A stretch of DNA of 39,115 nt, taken from assembly GCA_002256685.1 (NCBI GenBank), contig NQJH01000027.1, forward strand, positions 1 through 39,115, read 5' to 3'. The DNA is from Methylococcaceae bacterium NSP1-2. GTDB lineage: Bacteria > Pseudomonadota > Gammaproteobacteria > Methylococcales > Methylomonadaceae. The translations under genes and the position numbers were made by a program. Below, one piece after another: positions 35,184-39,115 of this stretch. The notes beneath the pieces were generated by a model that was given only the letters and a program-made list of their open reading frames with translations, did not search any database and had not been told where the DNA came from. Every line of letters begins with the position of its first letter. The first letter of the stretch is position 1.

Positions 35184-35220
35184 AAAAGCCCTCTATGTCA
35201 TCGATGTAGTGGGCTTTTTT
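35184..35220. terminator. Bidirectional intrinsic terminator between convergent sodB and guaB
   Basis: The sequence is AAAAGCCC-(19-nt loop with an internal CTA/TAG and CATCGATG palindrome)-GGGCTTTTTT. An A-run on one side and a T-run on the other give a U-tract on either strand. Confidence 0.6.
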
Positions 35221-35229
35221 ATGCTTGCC

Positions 35230-36702
<1,473 letters not shown>

Positions 36703-36881
36703 CTAAACAAGTCAGTAAAATAACGGTGCATTATACGGGGTGTTAGCTTACGACTGTATTAAAAAAGCGCGGAGACTGTGTAGAGTAGGTAAATAGCGTT
36801 ATTATTTACCCACTATTTGCGAATAAAAGCAGTGGATAGTAATTTGGCTAAATTGCTTACCGCAGTTTACATAGCAGTGTG

Positions 36882-38687
36882 TTACTTTCGTGATTGTTTT
36901 AAAAAATAGGTAAAACAACCTCGTCCTTGGTCTTTCGCACGGTATAGCGCGTTATCGGCGTTATCCATAAGTATTTCAGGTGTGCTGCCGTGTTCTGGAT
37001 AAAGGCTAATACCAATACTCGCGCCAATTTGCACGCTGTCATTTTCGGATAATTGAAACGGCACGGTTAACTCTTCAATGACTTTTAAGGCAATTGTTTC
37101 AGCATCTTCGGGGACTTTCAGGTTTTCTAGCACGAAGACAAATTCATCACCACCTAAACGCGCCACCATGTCACTATCGCGCAAATGTTTGGCAATTCTC
37201 ATTGCAACTTGTTTGAGTAACGCATCGCCAGCGGCGTGTCCTAAGCTATCGTTCACCGCTTTGAATTTATCCAAATCCATCATGAATATTGCGAATTGGC
37301 TATTCGCCCGATGATTAAGCGCGATTGCATAATGCAATCTGTCCCATAATTTCCGCCGATTGGGTAAACCTGTTAGCGGATCGTAAAAGGCTAATTGTTT
37401 AATTTCTTCTTCGGAGGCTTTGCGCTCGGTAATATCAAGCTTTACGCCAACATAATGGGTGATTACTTCCAAAGAATCACGCACAGGTGCAATATGTACT
37501 TCTTCCCAATAAACATCGCCATTTTTTCGGCGATTAATAAATTCACCCTGCCATACGTCACCTTGTGCCAGTGTCTCCCATAACTGTTGGTAAACGGCGG
37601 TTGGAGTTAAGCCAGATTGCAGCACACGCGGATTTTTGCCTAGCACTTCCTCCGAGCTATAACCTGTCACCTGAGTAAATTTAGGATTCACATACAGCAA
37701 GTTGGCAGCCAAGTCGGTAATCACTACCGATGTTGGACTTTGTTCAATGGCTGTCGATAAAATACGCAATTGTTGTTCTTTCTGTACGAGTTGTTTGGCA
37801 GTTTGTTGAAGTTCGGTAATATGACAGGCTAACGTCGTACCCACTACCGATAAAGTCAATATGTAAAACCAAAGATTAATGAGATGGCTATCGTTTACAT
37901 CCGTACCAAAGTAACCGAGATGTTGATGAACACCTGAGAGAGCCTGTAGTGTCGTCATCATGAGAACAAACGTGACACCTCTCGTGCCTAACGTTACCGC
38001 TGTCCAACTGATAAAAAGAAACATCAAATAGGCTTTCTTGCCCTCATGGATACTAGCGGCAAACCAATCCAGAAAAATAATTTGCCCTGCTAAAAATGCC
38101 AACACTAAGGGTAGGAATGCGCTAAGTATCGTGGGTAATCCACGCAAACGCGGCAACGGTGTGAACCACGCTATAATGAACGGAGTGACTAAAATAATGC
38201 CTAGCGTGTCCGCCATCCACCACGAAATCAAATTAGAAACCCATTCCTCACTACTGATTCTGTCGCTCGCTACCAGCGTAGTAACCCCCAGTAGCGCACT
38301 GACACAGGCACTGAGCGGCGCGGCAAAAAACAGTATCAGTATAAAATCCCGCAGGCGATTCAGTGCTATATCAATTTTTACGCAGTGCGTCAGTAACCAC
38401 CAGCCTAATAAAGGTTCCAGCGTATTGCCTAGCGCGATTCCCGCAGAAACACCAATAGAATCACCAACAGCAATACTAGCAACAAACGCGCCTAAGAAAA
38501 TACTGAATAGATAACGGCTATCACCCAGCAATAAAACCGCCAGTGTAAAACCACTGGGTAGCCATATATGAGTGACATCATTCTCGCTAATGGCAGACAA
38601 TAAACCCACCTTAGCTAGAAAATAAATACCTGCCAAAGCGATATTAAGCAACAGAAGACGATAACCAGTAATTTTTTTAATGATCAT
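36882..38687 (-). CDS. Membrane-bound diguanylate cyclase with MASE1-like N-terminus, PAS and GGDEF
   Basis: 601 aa. About 290 aa of polytopic membrane domain are followed by PAS (VVITDLAANLLYVNPKFTQVTGYS...WQGEFINRRKNGDVYWEE). The GGDEF domain has an RDSD I-site five residues before an intact GGDEF. Confidence 0.9.
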   Translation of the reverse strand: MIIKKITGYRLLLLNIALAGIYFLAKVGLLSAISENDVTHIWLPSGFTLAVLLLGDSRYLFSIFLGAFVASIAVGDSIGVSAGIALGNTLEPLLGWWLLTHCVKIDIALNRLRDFILILFFAAPLSACVSALLGVTTLVASDRISSEEWVSNLISWWMADTLGIILVTPFIIAWFTPLPRLRGLPTILSAFLPLVLAFLAGQIIFLDWFAASIHEGKKAYLMFLFISWTAVTLGTRGVTFVLMMTTLQALSGVHQHLGYFGTDVNDSHLINLWFYILTLSVVGTTLACHITELQQTAKQLVQKEQQLRILSTAIEQSPTSVVITDLAANLLYVNPKFTQVTGYSSEEVLGKNPRVLQSGLTPTAVYQQLWETLAQGDVWQGEFINRRKNGDVYWEEVHIAPVRDSLEVITHYVGVKLDITERKASEEEIKQLAFYDPLTGLPNRRKLWDRLHYAIALNHRANSQFAIFMMDLDKFKAVNDSLGHAAGDALLKQVAMRIAKHLRDSDMVARLGGDEFVFVLENLKVPEDAETIALKVIEELTVPFQLSENDSVQIGASIGISLYPEHGSTPEILMDNADNALYRAKDQGRGCFTYFLKQSRK

Positions 38688-38825
38688 TATTTTCCATTAC
38701 TTTCGTGGGAGACCAAAATGGTGTGCAGTGACAACGGCATCATCGTTAGCTTCAGTATTTATGCGTTAGTTTGTCCAATTTAGCAAGCATAGGAAGACAA
38801 ACATCACATACGCTTACTATATACC

Positions 38826-39115
38826 TCAATAAGTTTTCATCAAGCCATCCAGCGTTAATTTACAACTCGGTACAAACACCTGCATAAAGAAAATAACTTC
38901 GGGTTGTTGAGATTCGGCAATTTTTAATGCTAATTGTTCAGCGGCGGTTTCAAATTCACGATTGCCCGCTTTTAATTCCGACTGACATTTTAGATAAGCA
39001 GAGATTTTATCGGCGGCTTTAATTAGCTCAAGGTGAGCGGCGGGAATTTGGTCATGCTGAATCAGAACGCGAAAATCGGCTTGTAATTTTTCAGGCAATA
39101 ACGCCAGTAATTCAA
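38826..39115 (-). CDS. yfbR: HD-domain 5'-deoxynucleotidase (YfbR-like), C-terminal part; the 5' end lies beyond the right window edge
   Basis: The frame is open to the window edge. KAADKISAYLKCQSELKAGNREF...FMQVFVPSCKLTLD matches the E. coli YfbR C-terminus ([23 protein letters not shown]...FMEIFVPSFHLSLD). Confidence 0.8.
   Translation of the reverse strand, partial: ELLALLPEKLQADFRVLIQHDQIPAAHLELIKAADKISAYLKCQSELKAGNREFETAAEQLALKIAESQQPEVIFFMQVFVPSCKLTLDGLMKTY

Noticed and set aside
38038-38514. 158-aa plus-strand ORF
   Set aside because: It is antisense to the MASE1 membrane domain of the diguanylate cyclase gene, with no supporting signals.

Overview
Moderately AT-rich, Gammaproteobacteria-type core chromosome. 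I found no transposase, integrase, phage, CRISPR or recognisable defence genes, and no convincing new multi-gene system.

Layout:
- 1-19.4 kb, all minus strand, is the translation/transcription supercluster. Read right to left: tRNA-Tyr/Gly/Thr, tRNA-Trp, secE, nusG, rplK, rplA, rplJ, rplL, rpoB, rpoC, rpsL, rpsG, fusA, tuf, rpsJ, rplC, rplD, rplW, and rplB cut by the window edge.
- 19.8-24.8 kb holds a signal-anchored hypothetical protein, nusB-thiL-pgpA on the plus strand, and convergent priA.
- 25.0-34.4 kb is a tightly packed minus-strand string: 6TM K+ channel with RCK, a separate RCK protein, dsbB, a four-PAS histidine kinase, a solute-binding-domain histidine kinase, a CheY-like receiver, a REC-PAS-GGDEF cyclase and an exported SAM methyltransferase.
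- The right end holds sodB, guaB, a MASE1-PAS-GGDEF cyclase and a truncated yfbR-like HD hydrolase.

Most notable observations:
1. Four genes (rpoC, rplK, pgpA, the small RCK gene) each carry one frame break at a spot where conserved residues seem to be missing. Because rpoC is essential, this points to assembly gaps or errors rather than gene decay.
2. A DnaA-box cluster with two perfect TTATCCACA copies lies in the priA upstream intergenic region.
3. The two-kinase, two-receiver c-di-GMP module is translationally coupled, and its second kinase has an atypical H-box.

Three near-consensus sigma70 promoters and two intrinsic terminators can be read directly from the sequence.
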